Origin: Amphiscolops sp. MND2022
Lineage: Eukaryota
Length of the DNA: 64,000 nucleotides
NCBI GenBank assembly: GCA_964187785.1
Contig: OZ076409.1
Location: 60,018,001-60,082,000, forward strand
Direction: 5' to 3'
The position numbers and the translations under genes are program-made. Below are positions 11,611 to 24,500 of this stretch, in pieces (position 1 is the stretch's first letter; the number at the start of each line of letters is the position of its first letter). Under the pieces are notes generated by a model. That model made no database searches and was not told where the DNA came from. It saw nothing but the letters and a program-made list of their open reading frames with translations.

Positions 11611-14600
11611 ATGTTCCAGAAATAGCGTTTCAACTTATTACATATTTACATGCTAACAAGCATTTGATATTGGGGGCCAAATTTATTTGCTAGCAGCCAA
11701 AGAAGAATACAAAACAAGCGTGATCGTAATTCAATACACATGATTAGACTAATGGCGTAGAACACATGCTCCCCACAAATTTGCACAAAATAACCCATCG
11801 ACAACAAGCTTGTTTAGGACAGGCAAAAAGCATTTAGGACATTCATTAGCCTATTTAGGGAATGGAAAAACAAACAATTTGAATATTAGAGTCCTAATCT
11901 AATTCAGACTAATCATTTTTGTACTCTGTACCTATACCCCTTCTTGAAAAGTGCGAGCAAGTATTTGACCGATAATTTGAAAACTATAATATTCGGTTCC
12001 TCCTAAAAACTCGGAAAAAGTGCCTTTCCGATAAAAACTGTTCAAATTTCTAACTTCTGTATATTCTGGCCGCAGAAATTTCAAAGAATTTTTATATAAC
12101 TACTAAAATGTCTGAGAAGGTTTCTTAGCTGATTAATCCTGTAATTATGGCCTATTTTCAAACTATTCGAAATTGAATTTGAAGTCGGGTCATAAGAGCA
12201 CCTCAGCACAGTTTTACTATCAAAAGCTTTGCAGATTTAAAATTGAGTTTGGTTTCAAGTGTTTGCAGATTTAAAGTGTTGCAGATTTAAATTGACGCTC
12301 GGCAATTTTTGGTTCGAACAAATTTTTGAGTCCGAAAATTTTCCATCGTTGATTCATTCGAGTGGAAAATGCTCAAATTAAGTGATTTTGTTCCCACCGG
12401 TGGCTATCGGTGGATTACCATGGAGTATCAGTAATGGTTATTTTACGTGCGCTCTTAGCAAATCAAATTCGAGAGAAGCAGGGAAAAATCAGCAGAGGGA
12501 TGTATAAAATGTACAGAAAGCGCTGCCATCAATTATTCATAATGAAGTAGAGACCTCGATTTTTTTTGCTAAGCTCAACTTCTCTCTTGGCAAAAAGTGG
12601 CTCCACGAACGCATTCATCGATTTTTTGATATCGAGATAAAGTTTCCTATCTTAACACGCGGGAGCGCCTGTGGGAAAAAATTGCGCCTGGAAAATAGTG
12701 GCGTAATGGGGAGACTTTATGGAGGCTTGACTGAAAAATTCGTTTACTTCTTTTATGTGGGAGTTGATTTTAGCAACAGGCTAATTTACGTCACAGTTTA
12801 AGATGAACTTCGCAACTCATTTCATGATGTTCAATATTTGGCGTTTTTGCTTTTGAAAAATTAATTTGGAATTTGTCGAAAGAATATTTCTCAGATCTTT
12901 TCAGGCAGTTTTACGGGGTAGTAAGGTTTCTATAATGAGAGGTAGAATAAAACTTTGTTTAAAAAACCTCTTATTTTTGTGAAAGTCTGTTTTTTTTCTC
13001 ATCATTTTCCTGGAACTATGCCGAGATTTTTCTGTCACATTAGTATGAATGATGCTCCGTATCAAAAATTTCATCATCGCTTATCGTTTGGATTTTTCAT
13101 AATTTGTTCTTTTCACAATCATAATGACCATCTTGTGTTTTCTCTGTGCGACAGATTCTAAGAACCAAATTTCTATTCTGCCCAGTATAGCTGAGATTAA
13201 ATAAATTAGTTTACCTAGAAAAGCAGATATTAGTTTTCTTGACAAAAATGCTATCTGACATTCATTTTTAGAAATCTTATATAAATTTTAGAATAAGAAA
13301 ATCTTATTAAAGTTGGGATGACTGGTTTTGGTCTCAGCAAAATCGATGTTCGACTTTTTTGGGATAATTTTTTTGATAACAAAAGATATTTCAAGCAGAA
13401 ACAATTGAGCCCGAGGGAGGTTAGAGAGGGGGAGCGAGTGTAGCTTCCTATTACTGAGCACTGGAATTCTTCTATTCCTCCAAAAAATTCAAGGACAAAT
13501 AGATAATTTCAATGAAAAAACAAGTAACGAACACTTGTCTTTTTGTGTTCTTCGTCTCAAATGACAAAAGTAAGGCAAGATTAAAAACTGGGAAAATCTT
13601 GTGATGCAAGAAAAATATATATATATTGGGATGTGTGGTTGGTTAAAGATGTCATTAAAGTTCATATCTGTCACTTCTACCCCCCATCTGTTGACAGTTA
13701 AGTATCTGCCAATGAATGTAAGATGGATAGCAAGATAGTATCACTTTGCATATCTAGCTTGAGCATTGATATGAAGACATTCTTAGGAAATATTGTTACT
13801 TTCCTCAGCGAAGATAAACAACAGGATAAAGTTCAATTAAAAAGTGCACTTCTTCGAACTTCGTTATTCTCCTGATTATGATTATCGAGCAAATCCAAGT
13901 AAACTTCTTCAAAGTTTAATATGAATAGTTTTTAAGCCACTTTCAATTAGTAAATCTACACATGGCACATATGAAGAGCAATTTTTTGTCAGTAGCACAT
14001 CTGATTGTTTCTTTGATATCATTATCATCTTTTTTATCATACGACATTTTAGGAGTTACGAATAATACAATATTTCTCTCGAGCCTTGATCAAAAAACGT
14101 GTTTGAACTAATTGACATGGTTTCCATTATTTCAATCAAAATTGGAAATATGTCCACTTCAAACCGACTCGATCACTTTTTCAGGTTTATTCTTCTCAAT
14201 CAATAAAAGGATGAATCATCTTCGCTCAAACAGACGCTAAAGTCATGCTAATTTGTTTTTGTTTAATGACTGAAGCTATAGTATACTATTAAATTGCTTG
14301 TTATAATGATAAGGCCTTGGACGAAGGTAGAAAAATCGGACAGTTTCAAACAATTATCAAACTTTAGAATTTAACTAAAAAGCAGCCTAATGAGAATCTA
14401 CCGGCAAATTTTGTCTTTCATAGTTTTATCGGCTTTTTCGACCAAAGTGTTTTCTGCCTCTTTCTGAAAATTCATGAAAACAGTCATTCAATTTTTTTCA
14501 AAAACGAGAAAGCTTTCTTCCAGCCCAACGAGAAACCTTCTAGTTTTCAACTCTGAGATGGATCATTCTAGAGCAGTTGCTTGAAACTTTGAAGTACTTT

Positions 14601-14635
14601 GAGTTTTAGGCGGGGCACCGATCTATGCCGCTTCA

Positions 14636-15280
14636 AAAAAAGTCGACTTTTGTCATGACTTTCGTCAGTTTTTTTTTCGATACACCTGAAGCAGCCAAAA
14701 TGGTTCTACAAGTTGTTTAATTTTGGCAAAGTTCGTAGCATCTCACTACAAGTCGGCCAAGTGGTTAACGCGGATTCCCTGTCCTGGTGGGAGAGAACAG
14801 GGTGGTGGGTTCGAGGCTCGTGCAAAACCAAAAATTTTTGTGTTTGGAAAAGGCAGAGAGCAAAAGGTCCCCCCTTTGGGTTTTTTGTCGACTCTGTGAC
14901 TTTTCTCCCAAAACTTCTTCAATCAAAGTGATCTGATTTTAAATCCCTTGTGATTTTTAACAGGAACAAAGGGTTTTGCAAGAATAGAGGGGCAAGTTCG
15001 GTTTTCTTCGGCACAATGCGACTTTCCGAAGACTTACAAAATCTGGATGTAAACTTTTTGGTTTTTTGGGGTTTTCCTCAGAGAATAACACTTTCTGGAG
15101 TCCAAAGGGTGACCTCATTGGTTTTTGAGAGTTTTCTCAATATTTGTGGAAATGGTCTAGGGTATTTTCCGGCACAGTGTGTGAACTTTTCTCAAAAATT
15201 TTCTGTACAACCTCTACTTTCATAAATGTGGTGTTTTTAAACTTGAGCGGGCGCCAACTTGGGCCAGTCCCGGCTTGTCT
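14636..15280 (+). mobile_element. Diverged family-1 HINE-like element carrying a tRNA-like cassette
   Basis: Partial head (AAAAGTCGAC...TTCGTCAG...TTCGATACACCTGA), internal AAAAGGTCCCCCTTT/CGGCAC repeats, tail GGCGCCAACTTGGGCCAGTCCCGGCTTGT. A/B-box-like sequence at 14752-14820. Confidence 0.65.
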
Positions 15281-15736
15281 GTAAGTGACATAGATGTCTT
15301 CGATTCCATTTGTCGTCCAGAGTCAAGTTTTGATCAAAACGAGATCTCAATGAGTTCTATTTTTTCTGAGTTTCTATTCTCACTGCTTTGAATACGTTTG
15401 TTCAGATGTTCAGCGTGCCAGAATTTATCCCAGAGCTAGGTTTCTTGAACCTCTTGCGAAGTTCTTGCATATGATTTCGTAATTCAGATCACTCTTGATA
15501 GTTTGGATTGGAATTTTTGTGCTTCACTCAAAATTTTGAGTTTCTTACTAGAAATTTTGTACAATTCGTATTAAAAACTCGCAGAAGAACCATTGTCAGT
15601 GTTTACAATTACTTTGCTACTCTACTTCACATCACCCGGTACACTATGGTTTCTGGAAGTTTTTGATAAGAATCTGGTCATGGTTTTGCGAACATGCAAA
15701 GTTCTCATGAAGAGTTACAAGAGTTTTAACAATTAG

Positions 15737-15806
15737 CTCTCTCTCCCTCTCTCTTTCTTTCTTTCTTTCTTTCTTTCGTTCTTTCTTTCTTCGTTTCTCT
15801 TCCTCT
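15737..15806. repeat. (CT)n/(TTTC)n microsatellite
   Basis: Visible pyrimidine simple repeat. Confidence 0.9.
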
Positions 15807-18162
15807 TACAGGATTTTCGAGGTAGTGAAAAGATGAGAAAAGATGAAACCTTTGAAAATCTTAATAGATCTTCAAAACCCTTTTTAAAAATGATCTGATT
15901 TTTGGCCAGTTTTGCAGAAGTAACTATTGGTTTGCATTTGATACATTCTTGTCTTGAGCGGATTTTCAGATCGCAAAAAAATTAAGCCTTTAATTTGGAT
16001 TAAAAAACTAAACTTGCTATTTATTTTCAGACAAAAACTGATAGCTTGCACCTATCTCTTGTGAAATTTTGAAAAATCTATTAACAAATATTAACAGGGC
16101 TGGTCGAAATATTAACAGGGGTGTAAACTTATAAAAAATGATTGCGTATTTCATATACGTTTCTTATTCTAATCGAGTATCTACTTGAATCTCACTTGTT
16201 TCCAAAAAACTTGAATGTGCTAATGGTGTCTTGATTTATCTCTCACAAAAAGATACTTCCAATGCATAATCAAATGCATTTTCAAGGGTTCAGAATGCAG
16301 ATAATGCAACCTATACGCTAAATGAAAATTCTAAAAAAGAATCTTATGTACTAGTCTCGCAACAAACTGCCGTTATACGTAGAAAACAGAGATATCCGGC
16401 TAGGCATTCATTTCATTGATGAAATATTCAACAGAAACAGCTTGAGATTGACGAAAACTCTGCTCAGCAGTGCTTACACCTTTCGCAAATGCATATTTCC
16501 CCGGAGTTTTTTTACCGTCTAAAAAATTCTCAACTTCATTCCGATGAAAGTGTGAGATTAGGACTTCAGACTTTTCGGCGTTTATCTTTTCATTTGCAAG
16601 CGAAAATGGTGTTTTTTACAACTGTCGATCAATGGTAGTTTTTAATGTTTTTCAGCCGGCTAGTCAATAAAGCCAGACTTGCTGTCGCCTGAAATTACCT
16701 CTTGGGAAGCAAAAGTTAGCCATTTCAAAAAAACGTCTCCTGTAAAGCCTATCGCTTGCCATTGAGGGACCAATTAAATATGAAGAAGCAAGTTTATGAA
16801 TAATAACTTCCCTGTATACGTTAAGGTTACAAAGATGATAGAAAAATTCTCTTTTTCCCATCCGCATAGTGTTTGTATTTTAAGGATCTTCATCATGGGA
16901 CGAAGCCTAAATGTTTTCAACTTTGTTGAAAGATAATCATGCTTCTTTTTCCGATTTTTTATCCTTTTTGTTTTTCTTGAATGTTTTCTGTGCAGCCGTT
17001 TGTATCAATTTGACAACTGACAGTTACTTTTAAGTTTTACTCTATGACGTGTTCTTTCATAACTGTCTAGTTCGTCTTAACTCGACCGGGGATAGTGTTT
17101 TAACAAATTGGCATAAGCGCTCTGATGCCGAGAACACGATTGATATTACAGCCTAAATTGAATTTTTACCGCTAATCAAAGGAACAATCAAATACATGCA
17201 TGGCAAAATATATAGAAAATCAATATTAATTTTCTGAATTCGAAAATTCGGTCGTCAAGAATTTCTTTTTGAATTCATGTGACAAGTCGCCATGAAGTGA
17301 AAAGCCGAAAAAGTTAATACCAAACATGTTATCACCACCAAACACGTGATCATGTGTTGAGCAAATGCGTTTGACAATACCATCAAGGCTCGTTCAATGG
17401 TTTTCATTCATGACTAATATCAATTAACAGCAATTTAAATCATGGATGAGTTTTATTAGGGTATCTTAGTACGTTTCATCTATTTGAGAAGAATCTATTA
17501 AATTTCGCACCCTATATTATTATATCTACTAGAAAAACATCCATGATATATTTCATCCATGATCCTGCTTATCCTTGATAAGCAACTCAAAAGTCATCCA
17601 TGGAAATCCATCACAAAAAGTTTTGTAACCGCAAGCGCTAAGCGTTTGTGATGTGACGATAGAGTGGAAGAACTGGTACCATGGATATGGTCCGGGACAA
17701 ACCACCATGACACCAGCCATTTTAGCCTCCTAAGGGTTGCCGTTCCCGAGGAGGGGAAACCGTCTCTAAGGACGCTCTCTGGCCTGATACGAGTCTGTAA
17801 TTGCTAAAGATCACGGGCATTACGCTGAGATTCGCAACCACTGCGTAAATAGCTTGTAAAAAAGGTATGGTTGTTGATAACTGAAATTCTCCAGTGAGAA
17901 TCTGGGTAAATGCACGAAAATAGCCCTCGAGCATATTAGATTCTAAACACAATCATTACACAAATTATGATAACAGAGTCCAGTTCGGTGAGAGCTGTGG
18001 ATAATGGGGCGGCATGGCACCAGCGCTCGAGCTGGGCACAACCCCTGGGCACGGGTACACCCTTAAGGCTGGCTTTAGACTTCCGGGAGAACTCTGCGGG
18101 CAAACACCGTGGTTTTGACACGCTTCAGTTCTTTTTCACTGTCTATGCTTTCGGTCGTCTCG

Positions 18163-18164
<2 letters not shown>

Positions 18165-18204
<40 letters not shown>
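18165..18204. repeat. (TC)n microsatellite, about 20 units
   Basis: Perfect TC dinucleotide run. Confidence 0.95.
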
Positions 18205-18206
<2 letters not shown>

Positions 18207-18351
18207 GGGATGGCTTTTTTGACCGTCTTTCTACTCTTTTGCTGACAGGTACTTCGCCAAATCATGCTCGGGCTGCCACGTTAGATTGAACGAAATTTTC
18301 AAAAAGTGTCAAAAATTCGTTGATAACAGGATGCTGTTACATTTTGTTACC

Positions 18352-18886
18352 AGTGGTATGTCATCTCCCTCTAGATAACTTTACATTTACTCTTAACATT
18401 GTGCGTTCATTTCACCCTAGAATCATTTCACCCCATATTTCTCCCCACATTCATTTTACATCATACTGCAATTATACAAACGCGTCTCGCGTTAATTAGC
18501 CAATTAACGACTAAACTTCGATGCCTACTGTCTAATTTGAGTCAGCTTTGATTTGGTTGTTAAGTTCTGTCCATACGTTTTGTCTGTAAATTTTGTGTGA
18601 AGATTCGCTATATCCATAAAAAGAGCTCCTTTTCAAAGGATCCACAGGAAAAAAAATTTTTTCAGCGCGTGGTCGATAAGTATTACAATTCCGAAGAGTG
18701 AAACTTTTGGGTCCCAATTTCGTGGTTCACATAGCAAGCATCGTTTGATTATCTAAGTGGTAATAAGATTCAAGACGCTGTTCAACAATCTGAGACGTTT
18801 TGGATAAATTAACTGTGGAGTGAAATGAATGTGGGATGAAATGATGTGCGGAGAATTGAACGCGGGGAGAAATGATACTAAACCAC
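18352..18886. mobile_element. Degenerate foldback-like MITE with inverted arrays of ~15-bp repeats
   Basis: The left arm has repeated (T)CATTTCACCC/CATTT units (18360-18465) and the right arm has the reverse-complement units (GTGAAATGAATG, GGATGAAATGATG, GGGGAGAAATGATAC; 18815-18886). Ends AGTGGT... and ...ACCACT. Confidence 0.5.
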
Positions 18887-18958
18887 TCTCAACTTCTGAA
18901 TAGGACCCTTTTTGTTTTTTGGCACTTTCTCCAGAATTCTATATTTCAACAGTAGGTC

Positions 18959-21122
18959 TTCTTGGGGCACGAGCTTTGCGAGATGCCCATATGGTGACGT
19001 TTTTTGGGGCTCGAGCTTTGCGAGGTGCCCACATGGTGACGTTTTTTTTTCGCAGATTTCGTGACATGTGCCAACTTTTCAAACTTCTGCGACAAATTGC
19101 TCAAAACACCATGTTTCCGCTAAAAATTGCGCAGGTTCCTGGGCTACATTTTTGTTGAAAAAAAATTTCAAAAAAAATTCGGCTTCATGGATTTTTTTTA
19201 AAAAGAAGTTTTGAAAAAACGCTATTTTTGACTGTTTTTTCTGTTTGAAGCCCTCTTTCTCAGAACCAGGACCAAATACAGGGTCCATAGTTTCGTGTAA
19301 TTTACAAGCGTTCTATAGGCTACATTTTCGCCCAAAAATGGCGTCAAAGTTTTTTTCAGACTTGGTTTATTGGGCAAAAAAAGGGATGAAAAAAAATGTC
19401 GAAAAACTTTTTCTCATTTGTAGCTCATATTTCTCAAAACTGACGAAAGATACAGAAACCATTCTCCCTCAAGACAAACAGCAAGGATGTAAGCTAGGTT
19501 TTGTACCAACAAAGTTTCCGTCATCACGTATGACGCGTACGTTTTTCTGCTAAAAATACTTGATTTTTTCGAAAAAAATTCAGTCTTTTTACTCGAGCTT
19601 GTATATCTGTATCCTGTATATCAGGACCGAGAACGGAGTCCATGGTTTCGTAATTTGTACGAGGGTTCAGTAGACTATGTTTAAAGGTAAAAGTGACGTC
19701 GACTTTTTTTCGCTCTGGTATTATTGGGCAAATAAATGGTGAAAAAATTCAAAAAATTTCCATTTTTTCCCAAATTGTAACTGATTTTTCTCAGAAGTGA
19801 AAATAGATACGAAAACCATTCTTCCTCACAGAGAAATGCAAAGATGTAGGCTAGTTCTGGTACTATCAAAGTTTCCGTCATCAAGTATGACGCCAACGTT
19901 TTTCTGCTAAATTTACAATTTTCATTTTTCTCAAACTTCAATTTCTCACCTTTCTTTGAGGTTCTTTCATCTAAATTTTCTTGATCTGAGACTAGATAAG
20001 TTCACTAGGTTTTGGAAACTGGGATATACACATTTTTAGCACCTTCTACAGACCATTGAACGTTTCTGCTCGAGGCCAAGCGCAACATGCTGTTGCGCCT
20101 ATGTTTTTTTTTCGCAGATTTCGTGACATGTGCCAATTTTTCAAACTTGTGAGGCAAATTTCTCAAAATCCAGATACGGACACCATGTTTTCGCTAAAAG
20201 TTGCGCAGGGTTCTACGCTACATTTTCGCCGAAAAAAAATTTTGAAAAAAGTTCGGCTTCATGGGTTGTTTTCAAAAGAAGTTTTGAAAAAACGCTATTT
20301 TTGACACTTTTTCATCTTTGATCTCCTATATCTCAGAACTGAGACCGAATACAATGTTCATGGTTGCGTAAATTGTACAAGCGTTTTATAGGCTACATTT
20401 TGGCTTAAAAATGACGTCAAAATTTTGTTTTCATACCAGGTGTTTTTGGGCAAAAAAGGGGACAAAAAATTTTTCGAAAAATTTTTTCTCATTCCAAGCT
20501 CACATTTCTCAAAACTGATAAAAGATACAGAAACCGTTCTCTTTCGAGAAGAGCAGCATAGATATAGGCTACTTTTTGGACCAACAAAGTTACCGTCATC
20601 AAGTATGACGCCTTCGTTTTTCTGCCAAAACATTTCAATTTTTTTCAACAACAAAACTTCTTGGTTCTTTTTTACTTGAGCTCGTATATCTCATGACCGA
20701 GACCAAATATGGGGTTCATGGTTTCGTTAATTTTACGAGGCTTATGTAGGCTACGTTTTAGGTTAAAAGTGATGTCGTAATTTTTTTCGCTCTGGATTTT
20801 TTTTAGCATAAAGTAATGAAATTTTTTTTCTGATTTTTTTCCATTTTTTTCCAATTTGTAGCTCATTTTTCTCCGAACTGGAAATAGATACGAAAACCAT
20901 TCTTCTTCACAAAGTGAGGCAAGTATGTAGGCTACTTTTTGTACTATCAAAGTTTCTGTCATGAAGTATGACGCCTTCGGGTTTCTGCCAAAATTACATA
21001 CAGAGACTGGATAAGTTCACAAGGTTGTGGACCCTGGAACACAAAGAATTTGTAACACCTTCTGCAGACCATTGAACGTTTCTGCTCGTGCCGAAGCGCG
21101 ACTTGCCGTCGCGCCTATGTTT
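18959..21122 (+). mobile_element. Second HINE/DINE-1-like family: a ~1.1-kb element (19001-20105) nested in another copy (18959-19000 + 20106-21122)
   Basis: Two consecutive 42-bp heads (TTGGGGCWCGAGCTTTGCGAGRTGCCCAYATGGTGACGT) are followed by two homologous ~1-kb bodies. Each body begins TTTCGCAGATTTCGTGACATGTGCCAA and ends GACCATTGAACGTTTCTGCTCG..C + GC hairpin + CTATGTT. Each has internal ~350-bp subrepeats. Confidence 0.85.
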
Positions 21123-21219
21123 TAGTTTTTGATGGTTTCAAATCCTCTCTTGAGAACAAAGGGCCCCTTTTGACTGCATTTTGACTCTGTGCGGATATTA
21201 ACATATCTTAATACTAGAG

Positions 21220-21537
21220 GACATTTTGCCAGAAGTCGAAATACCAGAGGTCATAAAATCACATTGTCAAATTACCAGATGGTCAAGTTACCAGTAGCAG
21301 ACCAGTAAAACCAACTAATTTACGTTTTTCAAGTAGTTACAATAATTAAAACATTAGCTGTAAATGAGTTTTTATTTACGGTATTAGACAGATAATTATC
21401 ACCCTTCACGTGGTATAATACCTCGTTTCCTAATCATCTGGTTCTTTGACCGTCTGGTAATTTGACCATGCGGTACTTTTACTATGTGGTTGAATGACCA
21501 ATTGTCTTTCGACTTGCGTTATTGTGAGCTGACACCA
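21220..21537. mobile_element. Degenerate foldback-like MITE with inverted ~15-bp arrays
   Basis: Left arm GTCAAATTACCAGATGGTCAAGTTACCAG; right arm TCTTTGACCGTCTGGTAATTTGACC (reverse complement). Confidence 0.5.
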
Positions 21538-24500
21538 AAAAACAGCCGTTTCTGGGTTTTAAGTTGGGCGCCAACTAAAGACGTTCCAGTCTTGTTTGCA
21601 ATTTCAGAGACACTGCGATACCTTGCGAGCCAATGAAATCGCATATATTTTAAATATTATTTTCTGATGAATTGATCACATCATTTTCATTGGGAACTCT
21701 AAAGGATGTTGAGGTTTCTGATACCCTTGAAATACTTCTGACATTCAATTGATTGGGTTGCATTGTTTTCCACTAGTCCTTATTGGGGTAAAAGACTGAC
21801 CATTTAATTACGCCAGTTTATAAAACTTCTTGAAGACAAACTTGAAAAGATTTTTTTAACTTTTTTCAATTGTTACCAGGGATTTCATCGATATTCGAAA
21901 CAAAAAGAAACTTTGACAGGCTTTATGACTGAGACATCCTTGAAATCTTAAGCTATCTGTCTTATATTGTGGATGCACGTTCTCCATTTACATTTCTATT
22001 CTCAATCCGGGATATGTTCAAAATCAAAGAAATGGAAGAAAAGAAAAGTTGGAAATTCTCAATCGAAGTTTATGAAGCCTTTGAATGACGGTTTCAATAT
22101 AGCGTAAATTCGGTTAATGGGCGAAATTTCGAGGGGAAGTCGAAAAACAAATTAGGAAACGTCACAGTTCAATATCACCGAGGTTATCATTCTAAATTTG
22201 ATAATTGCGGACAACAATTTTTTTGGCAGAAGTGAATCGAATTCATTAGTCTCTGAAATTATCTCAGCGATTGTCTCAATCAATTTCTTCATTTTTTGAT
22301 TCAAATTTTTCTATTTCGTTCTGTTCAGTTTCCCTTTTGCTGTGTATACTCAACTGAGAACGAACCTAGAAAAAAATTAAAATGCGATTCCTGCGATGTT
22401 CTACCTGAATGAGCAATTTAGTCATCAATCATATGAATAATTTTTGAAGATGCTAAATATGGTCCGAAAACAGCGAACCAAAAAGACACTTGCTAAGAAA
22501 TCTTGATAAATACAATCTCACTTAAAACTTTGGGAAATTGTGTTCATTTGTTGTTTCCTCTAAATTGAACTGATTGTGAATGTAAACGGAAAAATCTAAT
22601 AAACATTAAATCAGGAAGTTTTTAGGAAATTATTGTCATTTAGGAGAGAGCAATCAGAAACTGTCGTGGTCGAAATTTCCGCCTTCAGTATTTCAGTTGT
22701 CCGCAAAGCTTGTCAAAATCCAAACTAATTAAACAAGTCTTGTTTGACTTATCGAATGAGACACCTTGAAAATGACATAACCTTCCTAATCCGCAGGACA
22801 AACGTATTGAAATATTCTGATGATTAAAACAAGTCCTTACCCTTTTACTTTTCCTTCGTTATCCCCAAAATTCCGTTTCCCCTTTTCCATGAACAGTAGT
22901 TACGACACATGTTCTTATACGAAAGCTCCAATCACTTTGATATTTACTTTTTTTCTTCCCGAAAAACAAGTTTTCTGGGCAACGGAGCTTCGTTTCAGAT
23001 GAATTCCAGAGAATTTAAAAAAGCTAAAAATTTTAGGACGAGGTTTGCAGTTTGTAAAGTTGAATTGTAACTTTGAATCAGGAATACACATTTCGCTCAT
23101 ACTCCGACCTATCCTACTTCTCAGCTTACTTGTGATTGACCTGTTGCCAAAACAGGAGCTACTTTGCCGAAGGATTTACCCCAGATATCTTAGTTAATTT
23201 TGCGCAAGTTGTGATTGAGGCATTTTCAGAAAATTTTACTGCCGTTGTTTTTACAGTATAACCTCGGAGACTGCTTGTCTATAGTTCAATTTTCCAAAAG
23301 AGAAATTCCCTGGAAATCATTTAATACAATTTCTAACAGCCACGGAAAGAATGAAAAGAATTCGTTAAAATAACTGCTGTTTTGTCACTTGTTATACTAT
23401 TTTTGTAACTATTTCGTTATATGTCAACTCAAACTGTTTTTGAAGACATTTTGCATATCTTCTGCGACAGTGATTGAAATAAGCAGCTCTCCAGTTCGAT
23501 ACCTGTCCAAAAAGTTTCAAATTTAGAAACAAATCCAAAGAGGCCTCCCGCAACGTAACCAGAGTCAGTTTCTCAAAATAGCTCGAGTATTTCAACACAA
23601 AATGTAGCAAATTGACGCTTTCTGTAGTTGGAAGGATAGACTAGTTTATATTCCGAAGGTACTTGCTGCTATTTCGCAAGCATTCTATTTTTATTTCACA
23701 TGTAAGGTCTTGAGTTGAACAGGGTGTATTGCGAATTGAATTGAACCCAGAATTCAACTCAGAAAATGACATCAGTGCGAAATAAATAAAAAGACGTATT
23801 ATGAACTTTTAATGTTTGCAGGATGGAAAAACTCAACAATAGGCTTCGAATGTGTCAGCTTTTGGTTTAGGTTAACATTTTTAACAGCAGCAAATTGAAC
23901 AGTTGGTTTTCAGACACATAGCATGCTAAACGTTTCCCAAAATATATTTAACTCAATTTTGTACAACATTCTTTTCAATTTATTCGATTGTTATGTTTTT
24001 AGAGAAATTTTTCTCTTTGTCTTTTTTTCGACGATTTTGAGAATTCAGCGAATATTTTTTTGTTAGTAGGACGCAACCTAAGCACAAGGATGTTGATTAT
24101 TTAATTTAGCTTCAATTTTCAAGGTTCGCCCGCATTGGCCCTCTTAATGGCATTTGGCAAGGTCTTTTCCAAATTCCCACAACATCTTGGCAACAATGGA
24201 TTCCATGGCAAGATTCTAACTAAGATATCGTTATTCCAAGATCGAATCTTGCCAAGATTAAAAATTGAAAAGATCTAAGTTCAAAATTCGCACTAAATTA
24301 CTGTTTTTGTGTAATAATTTAAAATCGCGATTATAGCAAGAAAAAACGTTGGAAACTTGCACAAAAATTTGACACTTTTTGACTCTTTATGGCTCCTTTT
24401 TTGTTGGAAAAAAAACATTTTACAGACTTATTTTTCTTTTGATGAGCTTTGGATGCTCATACCGTTAAAATTATCGAAAACTGTACAAAATTTGCATCAA

